Shown piece by piece: positions 24,280 through 35,581 of a stretch of 64,000 nt of DNA. The stretch comes from Mytilus californianus (lineage: Eukaryota): NCBI RefSeq assembly GCF_021869535.1, contig NW_026262701.1, positions 58,590,001 through 58,654,000 on the forward strand, given 5' to 3'. The number at the start of each line of letters is the position of its first letter. Position 1 is the stretch's first letter. A program made the position numbers and the translations under genes. The notes beneath the pieces were generated by a model. It searched no databases and was not told the DNA's origin. It worked only from the letters and a program-made list of their open reading frames with translations.

Positions 24280-24625
24280 TCCCAGAGGGGAGGGTTAGGA
24301 TCCCGCTTACATGTTTAACCCCGCCACATTCTGTATGTATGTGCCTGTCCCAAGTCAGGAGCCTGTAATTCAGTGGTTGTCGTTTGTTCATGTGTAAGAT
24401 GCTTGTTTTTCGTTATTTTTTTTGTACTTTAATTAGCCGTTAGTTTTCTCGTTTGAATTGTTTTACATTAATTTTGTAATTTCGGGGCCTTTTATAGCTG
24501 ACTATGCGGTATGGGCTTTGTTCATTGTTGAAGGCCGTACGGTGACCTATAGTTGTTAATTTCTGTATCATTTGGTCTCTTGTGAAGAGTTGTCTCATTG
24601 TCAATCATACACATTTTTCTTTTTT
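24280..24625 (+). mobile_element. Family A copy with the best preserved twister-like core
   Basis: Ends in agttgtctcattgtcaatcatacac; inverted relative to 23675-24010. Confidence 0.85.
24286..24377 (+). ncRNA. Candidate type-P5 twister ribozyme
   Basis: AGGG GAGGG (24286-94) ... U^AA (24316-18) CCCC GC, P3 CACAU/AUGUG, P4 CCUG/CAGG enclosing UCCCAAGU (24348-55), then A-GCCUG..CAGUGG as the P5 3' strand. Confidence 0.7.
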
Positions 24626-24869
24626 ATATGTTTATAACAATAGTTTGGTTTTAATTGGTTCTAAACTAGTTCCATATACTCCTGTAATCTCAACTTTTTT
24701 TTATTAAAAATTGTTCCTCCTTTAAACATCCGAATATGTATTTTTGTTGTTGTTTTTGTTAAAACAACAGTGCAAGTTTATTTTTATGTTAATCAAACAA
24801 AGCAGATTCAGACGAGTATATATTGTTATAATTGTATCTAAGATAACAACAACAAAAATGTATACATAC

Positions 24870-25121
24870 CAGGGATACGCAAGTTTTTGTCGTTGCATTA
24901 CATGAATACTTGAGATCATCGTAAATGATGATACTGGTTTCCTCCCCAAAATTCTTGCCATCATAGGAAAAGCTGATGTCATAACCTTCTGACAAAACTT
25001 TGTTGTCCACTGATCTTTTCTTCCTTGACATCGGAAGATCTAGAGTTAACATTGAAGGGTTTCTATATTCAGCTAAAACAAGTTCTTCGCTTGGTGTGTA
25101 CAGCAGATCATTTTCTAAAAT
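24870..25121 (-). CDS. VWDE-like exon with RKKR furin-type site
   Basis: ttttcag|ATT...CTG|gtatgt; 84 open codons, ILENDLLYTPS...MSRKKRSVDNKVLSEGYDISFSYDG...CNATTKTCVSL. Confidence 0.8.
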
Positions 25122-25892
25122 CTGAAAATATTCAAGTCATTCCAAATTGAAAAATAATCAACAGTGTCCAACGTCAGTTAGTTTGGTGAAAAATGTATTA
25201 AGTTCAATATTTCTTTGTGTCATCAGGAAATTTACCTCCTGAACACAAACTCCTTATCTGTATTTTTTTTATAATAAACAAAGGTACTGCCGATATATGC
25301 GGGATATGCCAGAGTTGTGTTGGAAAACTAGATTTTTTACGTCCTAAATATAGAACATTAATAAGATTATCATTTTCCTGCTTGATTTCGATACAAAATA
25401 TAATTATCATAGATAGTTTATGACATTGCAAGATTTAAATATCAGTTATTGTAATTTTTAAATTGCATCTATCATACTTCCAACATTCTCAATATAAAAT
25501 TCAATCACTGCAAACTATCCACATGGTAAGATATTAATATTACAATTTATATATGAGCAAAAACTTTATCGTAACAGTTATTTTGGAATAAGATAAATTA
25601 TACAGTACCTTATTGTAAGTAAAAAAGATACGTCTGTTCATATTATATACTAAACATGCTAAAAGGTATTGATTAAATGTGTTAAATTGTCATTTCAAAC
25701 ATATTAAAGACGTCGCATTGACACCACAAATGACAATTCCTTCTTGAGATTTCCAGATTTTATAATTCGATATCCAGAAGCAAACTAATGACTCTGGACA
25801 TATCGTCTTCGGTTTTGTTCAGGGAAACACCATCTGTACCTAATATTAATTAAATTGTTATTTTTCTGGTGGAATTCCCCTAAATAAATAAA

Positions 25893-26200
25893 GGCAACAG
25901 TAGTATACCGCTGTTCGAAATTCATAAATCGATTGAGAAAAAACAAACCGGGTTACAAACTAAAACTGAGGGAAAAACATCAAATATAAGAGGAGAACAA
26001 AGACACAACAGAAACACTAAAATGCAACAGAAACGAACTATAAGATAACAATAGCCATTTTCCTGACTTGGTACAGGACATTTTTAGAACCTGGTTTTGT
26101 GGCTAGCCAAACCTCCCGCTTTAATGGCAATGTTAAATATAACACTAAAATGACAACATTACATGACAGGACTACAGTACAAACAAATGGAAGAACATAC
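25893..26200 (-). mobile_element. Interspersed repeat family C copy (twister-like core partly deleted)
   Basis: aataaaggcaacagtagtataccg terminus, shared with 27303-27680. Confidence 0.8.
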
Positions 26201-27302
26201 AGGACAGAGAAACACACAAATAAAGAATACAATAGAACATTACGACAAGCTAATAGATATCATAGGTGCCAGGCCTAAAGATGAAGCACATTTATGACCC
26301 GAAATTCCCAAAAGTTGTGCCAAATACGGCTAGGTTATCTTCCTGGGATAAGTAAATATTTAGTGTTTTGAATAATTCATATTTTTGCAAACAGTAAATT
26401 CATAAAATATAAAAATGACCATATAATTGATATACATGTTAACACCGAAGTGGTGACTAACTACAGAATAAAAACGAATACGTAAAACAACCTAGATCAG
26501 CACATAAAACAGCACAGCTGAACAACGCATTGTATGTCATCCGATTAGATCGACGCACAAAAGTGACGTCACAGGTAAATTTCTAAAAATTTCCAAAAAA
26601 AAATGGATCAAGTTCAAGATTAGGTTTGTAATACTGATATTACATGTATTTAATAACAATGAAAATTACAATACTTAATAATATAAAATTGTGTTAGTAA
26701 TTAGATAATTAATTGTATTATCTAGCTATGTCGCTATTTCTTCTAAATTAAACTGAAAACCAAATATATAGTGTAGTTTAGTTGACCCAAACTAAAATCT
26801 TATAAATGAACTGGGTGATAAATTATCTTTACACTCACACACAAATAGAACAGAAAAAAGTAAGAATTACAACTACAAACGATAAGACATTTGACAATAA
26901 CAAATATAACATCAAAACTAAATACAAGAATTTTGGATGCGAATTCACATTCCAGTAAGTCAGTTTCAACTTATGAATACTAATACTATTCATTAGTAAG
27001 TTTTAACAAATGAATAGTATGTGAATGATCAAATAAAAAAATATGTTTATCGCTACAATATTGGCATTCATTTAAGTACGAAAACAAAAAATACTATGTA
27101 ACATGTCAAAATATAGATTTGGTGCTTCTGGAACGCCTCTTATTGATCAAACAGCAAAGCACCAAAGCACACATTTTAAAGGCGATTATGTATAAATACT
27201 CTATGCGTTATCTGGCCACATATGAAGTTATCAAAATAGAAGTAACCATCTAAGTTCTGCATTGCCTGATGTAGTTGAACCTTAGTGTGTTAATAATTTC
27301 TA

Positions 27303-27680
27303 AATAAAGGCAACAGTAGTATACCGGTGTTCAAAAGTCATAAATTGATTGAGTGAAAACAAATCCGGGTTACAAACTAAAACCGAGGGAAACACATCAA
27401 CTATAAGAGGAAAACTGGCGTGCAACAAAAACAAACTCCAACATACATGGAAACAAACTATTAGATAACAAATGCCATATTCCTGACTTGGTACAGTACA
27501 TTTTAAGAAAAAAATGGTGGGTTGAACCTGGTTTTATGGCTAGCCGAACCTCCCGATTTTATGGCAATATTAATAAATATCGCTAAAATGACAACACAAA
27601 GTGACAGAAATGCAGCACAAACAAATAATATTATACAATAATAGTCGATACAACATGCAAACCGCAGAACAACAACGAAC
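27303..27680 (-). mobile_element. Family C copy; twister-like core at 27473..27566
   Basis: Minus strand: UGCCAUA...GAGGU..GGCUAGCC..UCAA CCC AC CAUUUU/AAAAUG..UACCAAGU CAGG A AUAUGGCA. Confidence 0.8.
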
Positions 27681-28563
27681 ATCTTTCATCAACGACAGAC
27701 GCCACAGTTTGTCCACAAGTTTATCAAAAACAAATAATGTTATACAAACCCATCAAAGGTACAAGGCTTATAAATTGGTATGTCGGATGTGTATTTCATG
27801 CGATAAATTCACCAGTGGCGCTCGAATCTGATAGAGTAGATGGCACTATATAGTACGAAGTGAAGCACGTTGAAAACAAACTTTATTAAAGGTTGATCCA
27901 AATTTTGGACTAGACCTTTATTTTATCAAATTAACCATTTCAGTATTTAACTTATAATATTATAAATGTTAATTTACTTTGAAAAACTAATAGAATATTT
28001 TTTTAACAAATATAACTATTGTATATTACATTGAGTGCTTTCAAATTATAAAAAAAAACTTGTGTACGTCGAAATTTTTGTGTGTAATATCAGCTACTTG
28101 GCTGATATTAGGAGCTATGTAAAACATAGCAAAGTTGTACATACGTCGTAGTTTGTACGTCTACGGATCAAAATGTTTAATTTTATTTCCATATGCATAG
28201 TTACTATCATATATCAAAAAAAAAACATCAGAGTATTGTATATTTATTATCAAATGTAAATTTACAAATAAAGTTAATGTGTTAAGTAATAGCTCTATAT
28301 CATTTATATCACCATGAAGATATGGGTTAATGTTTTGATTCTGATGCCATTTATGTCTATGTCCTCTGGAAAAATGATCACAAGACTCTTAAATTTAGCA
28401 GGTTGTTTGTTTTCAATCGCATTCAAGTTGTATATCGAAAGTTGAACACGGAAACTGCTTATTAGATTATAAAATTTGTATTTTTAATTGTTTCATTGGT
28501 TCAAAATTTAACACAAATTTTGATTAGCATATTACCCCCTTGAACATATATGTAACACTATAC

Positions 28564-28748
28564 CTGAAAATGTCTCCGCTTACACCATACAGAGGTAGTT
28601 AGATAGTCTCCAAATATATGCATTGCTTTACATGAACGAGTTGTTAGTTTACATTCACCATTAAAAGGAAGACTGATACCAGTCGGCGGTGACGAAGTTT
28701 TATAAGAGCAATCTTCACCCAAATGTCCGTTATCACAATTGCAAACCC
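28564..28748 (-). pseudogene. EGF-like exon
   Basis: ttttag|GG...CAG|gtatag; GVCNCDNGHLGEDCS...VWCKRRHFQ. Open, but begins in phase 1 and so depends on the stop-containing exon upstream. Confidence 0.8.
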
Positions 28749-29014
28749 CTAAAATTGAGAGCGCAAAACACTATTGATTACAACTGCTCAATGAACCAGC
28801 GGAAGTTGAAAAATTAAAGAGATTTGATAAAGTTTTTAAAATACTTTAATATTATTGAACAAATTTTGTGAACTAATTACACATATATATATATATATTA
28901 CTAGTTATACATCGAATCGTAATGTTGATCTTACAGAGCTTATAAGGAAACATAGAAGTATAACTTATACATTAAACGCTTTATTTAATTATTTCAACGA
29001 AAAATATATTTTAC

Positions 29015-29201
29015 CTGATTTACAAATTCCGTTATCACTGCAGTTGTTTAGACATCATGCACTAGCATAATATTCTAACATCGTTTGTGATCCATCGCTA
29101 GATTTTTGGGTGTACAGAGATTCAGTCTTTACTAGCTCTGCCATAATGCTCGTTACCATGGTATTGACTGTGTCTGTAAGAAACGTTGTGTCGCCTGCAA
29201 C
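29015..29201 (-). pseudogene. Exon with in-frame TGA (29055-29057) before the EGF cysteines
   Basis: VAGDTTFLTDTV...YYASA*CLNNCSDNGICKS. Confidence 0.8.
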
Positions 29202-30066
29202 CTAAAGGTATTACAACAAAATGCTGCCTTAAAATTAACAAGATTTCAACCAAATTATTAAGAGATATTTTACCTATGCATGTTTTAGTAAATACCATAT
29301 CAATGAGCCTGAAATATGTGTTTCTAACATGAAACAAACAAAGGCTGAAAACAATCGAACATAATTAGTTATTAGTTTATTCTCAAGTAAAGCTCAATGA
29401 AGATTCATATTTTCCTACAGATATTTATCCACTAAAGTCAAATTTAAGCAGATTCTAACAACTACAGATCACTGTGCAACCTTACTCAATGAGCAAAACC
29501 AATATCATGTAGTCAGCTGTAAGAGGCCTCGACATAAACAAATGTGGAATAGTTTAAATAAAACTTAATGATTTATGGAAAACAATACAGGAGAAAAATA
29601 TGACAAACAGAAATAAACGACTAAGACTAGATAATTATGTAAGTAATTCCACTTGGAGGATTTTTTTAATGAGGTCGAGTAAATCTAACACTATCTGTAT
29701 AAAAAGGGGATCGGAAATGGCTGCTGAACATTATAGCTGATTTTAAAGTGTTATGTTTTCATTACGAATCATTTGAAATAAAATCATTTTATTAACAATT
29801 TGTATTGCAGTCCTTTGAATCTGTACGGCTACTTTTCAGAAAATTTTCTACATGTATCAATTAATGTTTTGCGCGAATTAAGAAAGATATTAAACGCAAG
29901 GTGTGTCGAACAAAACAGAGTTTGTAATAGTAAATATTGTCTGATTATTTTCTATAAAAAACTTTTCAAATCCATTCTAGGTTTCAATGCAAAAGTTTAT
30001 CCTTCTGATAAGAAAAGGTTTTGGATATTTCGTATCCCCGTTCTTAGATAATGAAAAACGTTATAC

Positions 30067-30219
30067 TTCTATATCCTTTACACACGCTTCTATGAACTTT
30101 TCGACAGGTACATCAACATAATCCTTGTACATATCATTTTGTAACGCGTCGTTTATGCTGTTGAAACATATGTTATATGCTCTGTCAGACGTCCAACTAT
30201 TTCGAAAGGTTGCTGGTGG
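30067..30219 (-). CDS. Open phase 0-0 exon (post-VWD, C8-like)
   Basis: ttttacag|CCA...GAA|gtataa; PPATFRNSWTSDRAYNICFNSI...EACVKDIE. Confidence 0.75.
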
Positions 30220-30451
30220 CTGTAAAAGAAAAAAGTATACATATAAGCAATGTAATGTTGTTGTTTCTAATGTGGTGAAATGTGTTTTCTTACTTTGAAT
30301 CTAAACATTTCCAAACATTTCTTAAACAACCGGTTTAATACAGAGGGAAAATTTCTTAACTTTCTAGGTATAATTTATCATAGATTTATTATTTCTTCTA
30401 TATAGTTTTATCATAGAAATGCAAAAAGGCGCAGTCTGAGATTGAAATTAT

Positions 30452-30815
30452 CTTAATCTCTGTCTCATTTACGTCAGCACTGTATGTTAACGGCTGGAAA
30501 TCTACCACATCATCATCATTACTTAAACTGCGTTTACTTATTTTATGAGGAAAATTTACGGATCGTCTTCTCCGCAGGGGCTGAAAGCATGAATCGTATT
30601 GAACATATGAACCGGATGAACTTGATGAGTCTGAACATTGCTCACTGCTGTCTGTTAAATTACAATTTACACTGTTAAAGTCATCTAGCGAGTCCGTACT
30701 CCCAGTTTGTTGGTCACATGAACAAAATGTTTCTAAATTAGGTTTATTTTTATTGTTGTCAACAATAACAATCGATTCATACGCATCGTTGATTTTTTTT
30801 TTTAAATTCCGGTTC
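30452..30815 (-). pseudogene. Cys/Ser-rich exon with RRRR site; donor reads AT instead of GT
   Basis: Matches ORF 30398..30865. Acceptor ttttgttgag in phase 2. The exon ends ATT AAG|ataatt, with no GT before the next stop. Confidence 0.6.
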
Positions 30816-31646
30816 CTCAACAAAAAATATGTACAAAAAGAAGCAAATATTATCATTAGTATCAATTGTAATTTTAGTAATTAATTATTGACAACAATAA
30901 ACTTATACGAGTGTAGTAACGTAATCTATACGCGAATATTCCATATCAGATCTGAATTCAACTTTTTCCATGATACAAACATGGTCGTGAATTATTCTTT
31001 ATTCTTAATTTGAAATACACAACATGCACAATGAGTGCCCTTGCTCTTGATTTTATTGTGAATTCCTCATTTGAATTATTGCTTTTAGAAGTTGTTTACT
31101 TAGACACTTCAGGGTATTTGATTTGATAACGCTTCATTGTAGAATAGACAGATAATGATTTGCAAAGGATTTCTATATTGTTGTTACTCAGCACATGCAT
31201 TGCCTCACCTTCTTAGGTTTCATAGCTTAAATAAGACTCAAAAGCTTTTCTTGGCATTTGCTACTACCAATTTGCTCTAATTATAGTACACTATTGTAGT
31301 TTCCGGGAATGAATAGCTCTTTCTTGCCTGAATTTTTCTCCGAAGTGCAACCGCTGGTAAGTTTTATTTATATTTACATCACTTTTCTTCACTCGCGGTA
31401 CCGGTGATGTAGAGTCTAAGATATTGTGTAGACTTTTATCTGTAGTTTGAGACCGACTTCTACACTTTAACGTGTTTTTCTTACTGTATTGCTGTCCGTT
31501 TATATCTATCCCACACTCTATAATTCACTCGGCTGTAGGCTATATCTTTTCTAGAATTTTTATAATAACTTAAGTTTGTTCTTTCAAATGCAGTAAATTT
31601 CAAAGCATAAACATAGAAATGATTTTTTTTTCCAAAAGACAAATAC

Positions 31647-31848
31647 CTCCAGGAATCTTCAAAGATTTGGTCATCACTGATTGGTCAATTTTCACGGTGG
31701 GTGAAGTCATCTGATGGATCTTTTGCTGTATTGCTCCACACAGACCTTTTGCTGTATTAATATCTTTTACAGATTGTTTTATCGAAATCACACTTATAAA
31801 TCGCCTCGCTACGGAAAATTGTATTTCTGTTGCAATTCGCAATACAAT
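31647..31848 (-). pseudogene. VWD C-terminal exon with frameshift and TGA
   Basis: IVLRIATEIQF...TAKGLCG, then a shifted frame KDPSDDFTHREN*PISDDQIFEDSWR; TGA at 31685-31687. Confidence 0.75.
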
Positions 31849-32619
31849 CTACATTGTAAATTGAAAAATGTTTGATTAGCGAAATAGTGCAAATATAGTT
31901 TATATAAAGAATACTTAACGTCACTATATACAAATACAGTGATTTTCCTTTTCTTAGACACTATTGATTGATTCAAATACAAAATTAAATATAACGATCG
32001 AAAGATCAGAGTGAAAAATATACCCAGATGAAAAGTTAATATCTGTTCGTAATTCATTTTACCAAATCATTCATATATGAATGTATACATGGACTGGAGT
32101 TTACAGCTTTATCTGCTTAACTGTCATAGCTAAATCAATCCGTGTAAATGTAATTCAGATGTCACAGATTAAATATGTGATAACTGAGAAATATATATGT
32201 ATGAATGGGAATATTCTTTAAACCCTTGCAATGATTTGTGCCCGAACCTTTAAGTGGGACACTCCTCTGTGTCAATACAATCAAACAAAAATAATAATAT
32301 GAGACGCTCTTTTATGCAATGCTTGTTTTCGAATATGTGTGTGGACGCGCACCTCATTTCCGTTTGTAGCAAATAGAAGGCACCTTAACTATAGGATAGC
32401 ACACGCGACAAGATCGCTATGAATGAATACACTTACTATAAAAGTAACATACACGTGTAGCTTCTGAAGTACATTTACATTTAAAAAGGATCCACGTATA
32501 TATGCATTACTATAATAATTGCATAAGCTTAAGGTCAATTCAGATGTTTTACAGCCTAAGTATTGTCTACTATGCATCAATCACTTATATCCAGTTGTAA
32601 AAGAGAGGCCAAAGATACC

Positions 32620-33010
32620 AAAATGGAAAGTCAAATCATAAATCAAAATCGAACTGACAATGCCATGATAAAAATAAAAAACGACTAAGGACAAACAACG
32701 GTCTACAAAACACAACTTGGGGGTGGTCTCAGGTGTTTCTAAATGGTAAGTAGAACCTGCTCCACATTAAGCACCCTTCGTGTTGTTCATGTAAGTACAT
32801 ATTCGGTGATAAGTCTAATTCGGTAGGTCACATTCGAGGATAAGATAGTGTAAACGACAATTGGAACATATTCGTCGTCATCTGTGAACCAGATATTCCT
32901 TGACGATCAATCAACTGATGATGGCGACCGTTTACTTTTTTGATGAGGAGACTCCCACTTCACCACGTAGAACGCTTGCCTCACTAGCTTCCTTGTAAGC
33001 AGGAACCATC
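32620..33010 (-). mobile_element. Penelope-like family D fragment (RT C-terminus plus 3' region), degenerate
   Basis: Reverse complement aligns to 46900-47350 (LLLTRKL...GRHH.L.DR.GIS.SQMT). Confidence 0.65.
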
Positions 33011-33061
33011 TATGAAGAAACTCTTTTAAATTTTATAAGACGAAAAAGAAACCATAATAAC

Positions 33062-33274
33062 CTTTTAATTATTATTGGTGTTAATGATTGACATATCATT
33101 TTTATCACAAGACGTCAGTGTGATAACAGGTTGTTTGAGCAAATATTTTTCACTCCTTGAAATCTTCTTACATGTACGTAGAACGAACAACGAATCTTTG
33201 CTCCGTATTGCTATTCCACAAAGGCATGAAGTACCGGGTAAAACGGACCCACAACTTGTAAATAATGCATGTAC
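33062..33274 (-). pseudogene. VWD exon with in-frame TAA (33065-33067)
   Basis: catttcag|GTA; VHALFTSCGSVLPGTSCLCGIAIRSKDSLFVLRTC...NTNNN*K. Confidence 0.8.
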
Positions 33275-34015
33275 CTGAAATGTTTAAAAAATGTGTATCA
33301 CAATGGAAAAAAACTTTATGGGGGTATTTAACAACATCATGTTTTGTTGTTATTAATTTATTATCAAAACAAAAACTAATATACATTCAATGTTTAATTG
33401 AGGAACAAATACTTGCTTGATGTATTCTAAGAAAAAAAATATTAGCACCTATAATTATTTGCTTTCCCTTCCGGAGCACCTGAGATCACCCTCAATTTTT
33501 GGTTGGGTTTGCATTTCTGTGTTGTGTTTTGTGTATTGCTGTTTGTATGTTGGTCTGTTTCCTTTTTTAGCCATGGCGGTGTCAGTTTATTTTCGACTTA
33601 TGAGTTTGAATGTCCCTTTGGAATCCGTCGCCTCTTTCTCTTCTGTTGCAGAATGAAATACAACAAGGCTTCTATTACTATTTTTTTTCTTAAGAATTTA
33701 AAGCTTTTAGACTGATTAACTTGGAAAAAGGATTGGGTACAAAATCGACGTCACAATTAAGGCTTTTCTTCATGTTTTTCGTGCAAAATAGATATAGTTT
33801 TTGTCACATTTCAGAATTTGATATCCTTTCACCATCAAATCTCCGAAAATATTCATTAATTTTTAAATATCACAACCAAATAACACATATTTAGCCATTA
33901 TCTGTAATCCGGAATCTCCTGGTTTAAAAACAAATTTAAGCCAAAAAAGGCATTGTTCATGTTGGTGCATCTATTTAGAACATAGCTCGTCTTGTAGAAA
34001 ATTCTCCCTTAAAAA

Positions 34016-34049
<34 letters not shown>

Positions 34050-35431
34050 TATATATATACTTATGATGCTAATTAGACAACTCTTCATTAGAGTTTGAAT
34101 GACGTGGATATGAGCAACTATATATCTGCCGTATGGATTTCGACAATGATTAAAGCTCATACCGCATAGTCAACTGTTAAACGCACCGACATGACACTAT
34201 GTTAACAAAAACCAAACGACAAAACAAACGGCATGATGAACGACCAAACAATTCACGAAATCAAATATGATAGTCTGCAACCAACGACAACAAATGAATG
34301 TTTTTGTACAGGTACAATAATAATATGGCGGCATTAAAGCTAAAAGTCTGCGAAATATTTTCTCTTTTTTTTAGGACACAATCGGTTACCACGGTTACAT
34401 TACAGTTCATAGATTAGACGACTATTTTGGTATCTAAAGATCTAAGACTGCAGAAACATGTCGGTAGTAATTTAAGATACAAAACACATCGTAACGTTCA
34501 AACAGGCTAAAGAAATTGGCCCTACCTTTATTCAGTATTTCGTTTGTGTGGTAATTTCTTTTTCTTTTTAACTTTACAAATTTTGTCAACATACAGCATT
34601 TTTTTTTCAATAAAGATGGAGAAAAAACTGGTCTGGCGTCTGTATTTTTTCTGATGGAAAATACATTCCTTTTTGAAACAATGGCACTAATATTCCTGAA
34701 CTTGTCCACAGGAAAATTAATTAATTTGTAATGGACATTAATTAAATTATAATTCTGAAGTTAAAGATAAACATCTATTTTAGTTCCTTTAATCAGCTTC
34801 TGTTTATTTGGTTTTGGTATTCTTTCATATTTTTTTTTCTGTGTGTAACATAACAATTGATTCAAATTTATGTCGTCTGGAATAATTAACATATTTTTAT
34901 AAACTTAACAGAAAACTAATTGTTGGCGTTATATGGTTCAGAATTGCTCCTATATTTTGAGGAATGACATTGAGAATTGAAATGGGGAATGTGTCAAAGA
35001 GACCCGAACAAAGAGCGGAAAACAGCCGAAGGCCACCAATGGGTCTTCAACACAGTGAAAATCCCGCACCAGGAGGCGGGCTTCATCTGGACCCTAAACA
35101 AAAATGTGTACTAGTTCCGTGAAAATGGACGACACACTAAGGAAACGTATATAAATTGTTTACGTTGTCATAAAGATGATTTGGTCAATTTTAATCAGTA
35201 CGATATAGCGCCTTCTTACATGATTGATTTGACTTTTGGTAAGTATACTAAACGATATTTTGGTGCATCTCACTAACCTTACACACGTTAAAGATACAGG
35301 ACCGCAATTTATAGCTGGGAACACATTTAAGATTAACAGCCAACATCTAAAACTTTAACTTACAAATTGGTACTTATTTTGGTTTTTAAGAATTTTCCAT
35401 AGAAAACAAAACCAAAAAGCATAAAACTTAC

Positions 35432-35581
35432 CCTATAAGGACCAATGTCATTTTTGTACATTACAAATTCTCCGACTTACATGTAATCATAGTATTTTCC
35501 ATCAAAGGTTCTAAAATGTGGATCATTGTACGATTGGCATAATCTGTTTTTCAAGACTGAATCTTTATCTACTACAGTTAC
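35432..35581 (-). pseudogene. First VWD exon with in-frame TAA (35477-35479)
   Basis: tttttag|GTA...AGG|gtaagt; VTVVDKDSVLKNRLCQSYNDPHFRTFDGKYYDYM*VGEFVMYKND, containing the VWD start motif DPHFRTFDG. Confidence 0.88.

Noticed and set aside
28290-28470. Coding-like stretch LVIIFPEDIDINGIRIK on the minus strand
   Set aside because: No splice sites that fit the exon chain; the chain closes without it (28564 to 25121, phase 0).
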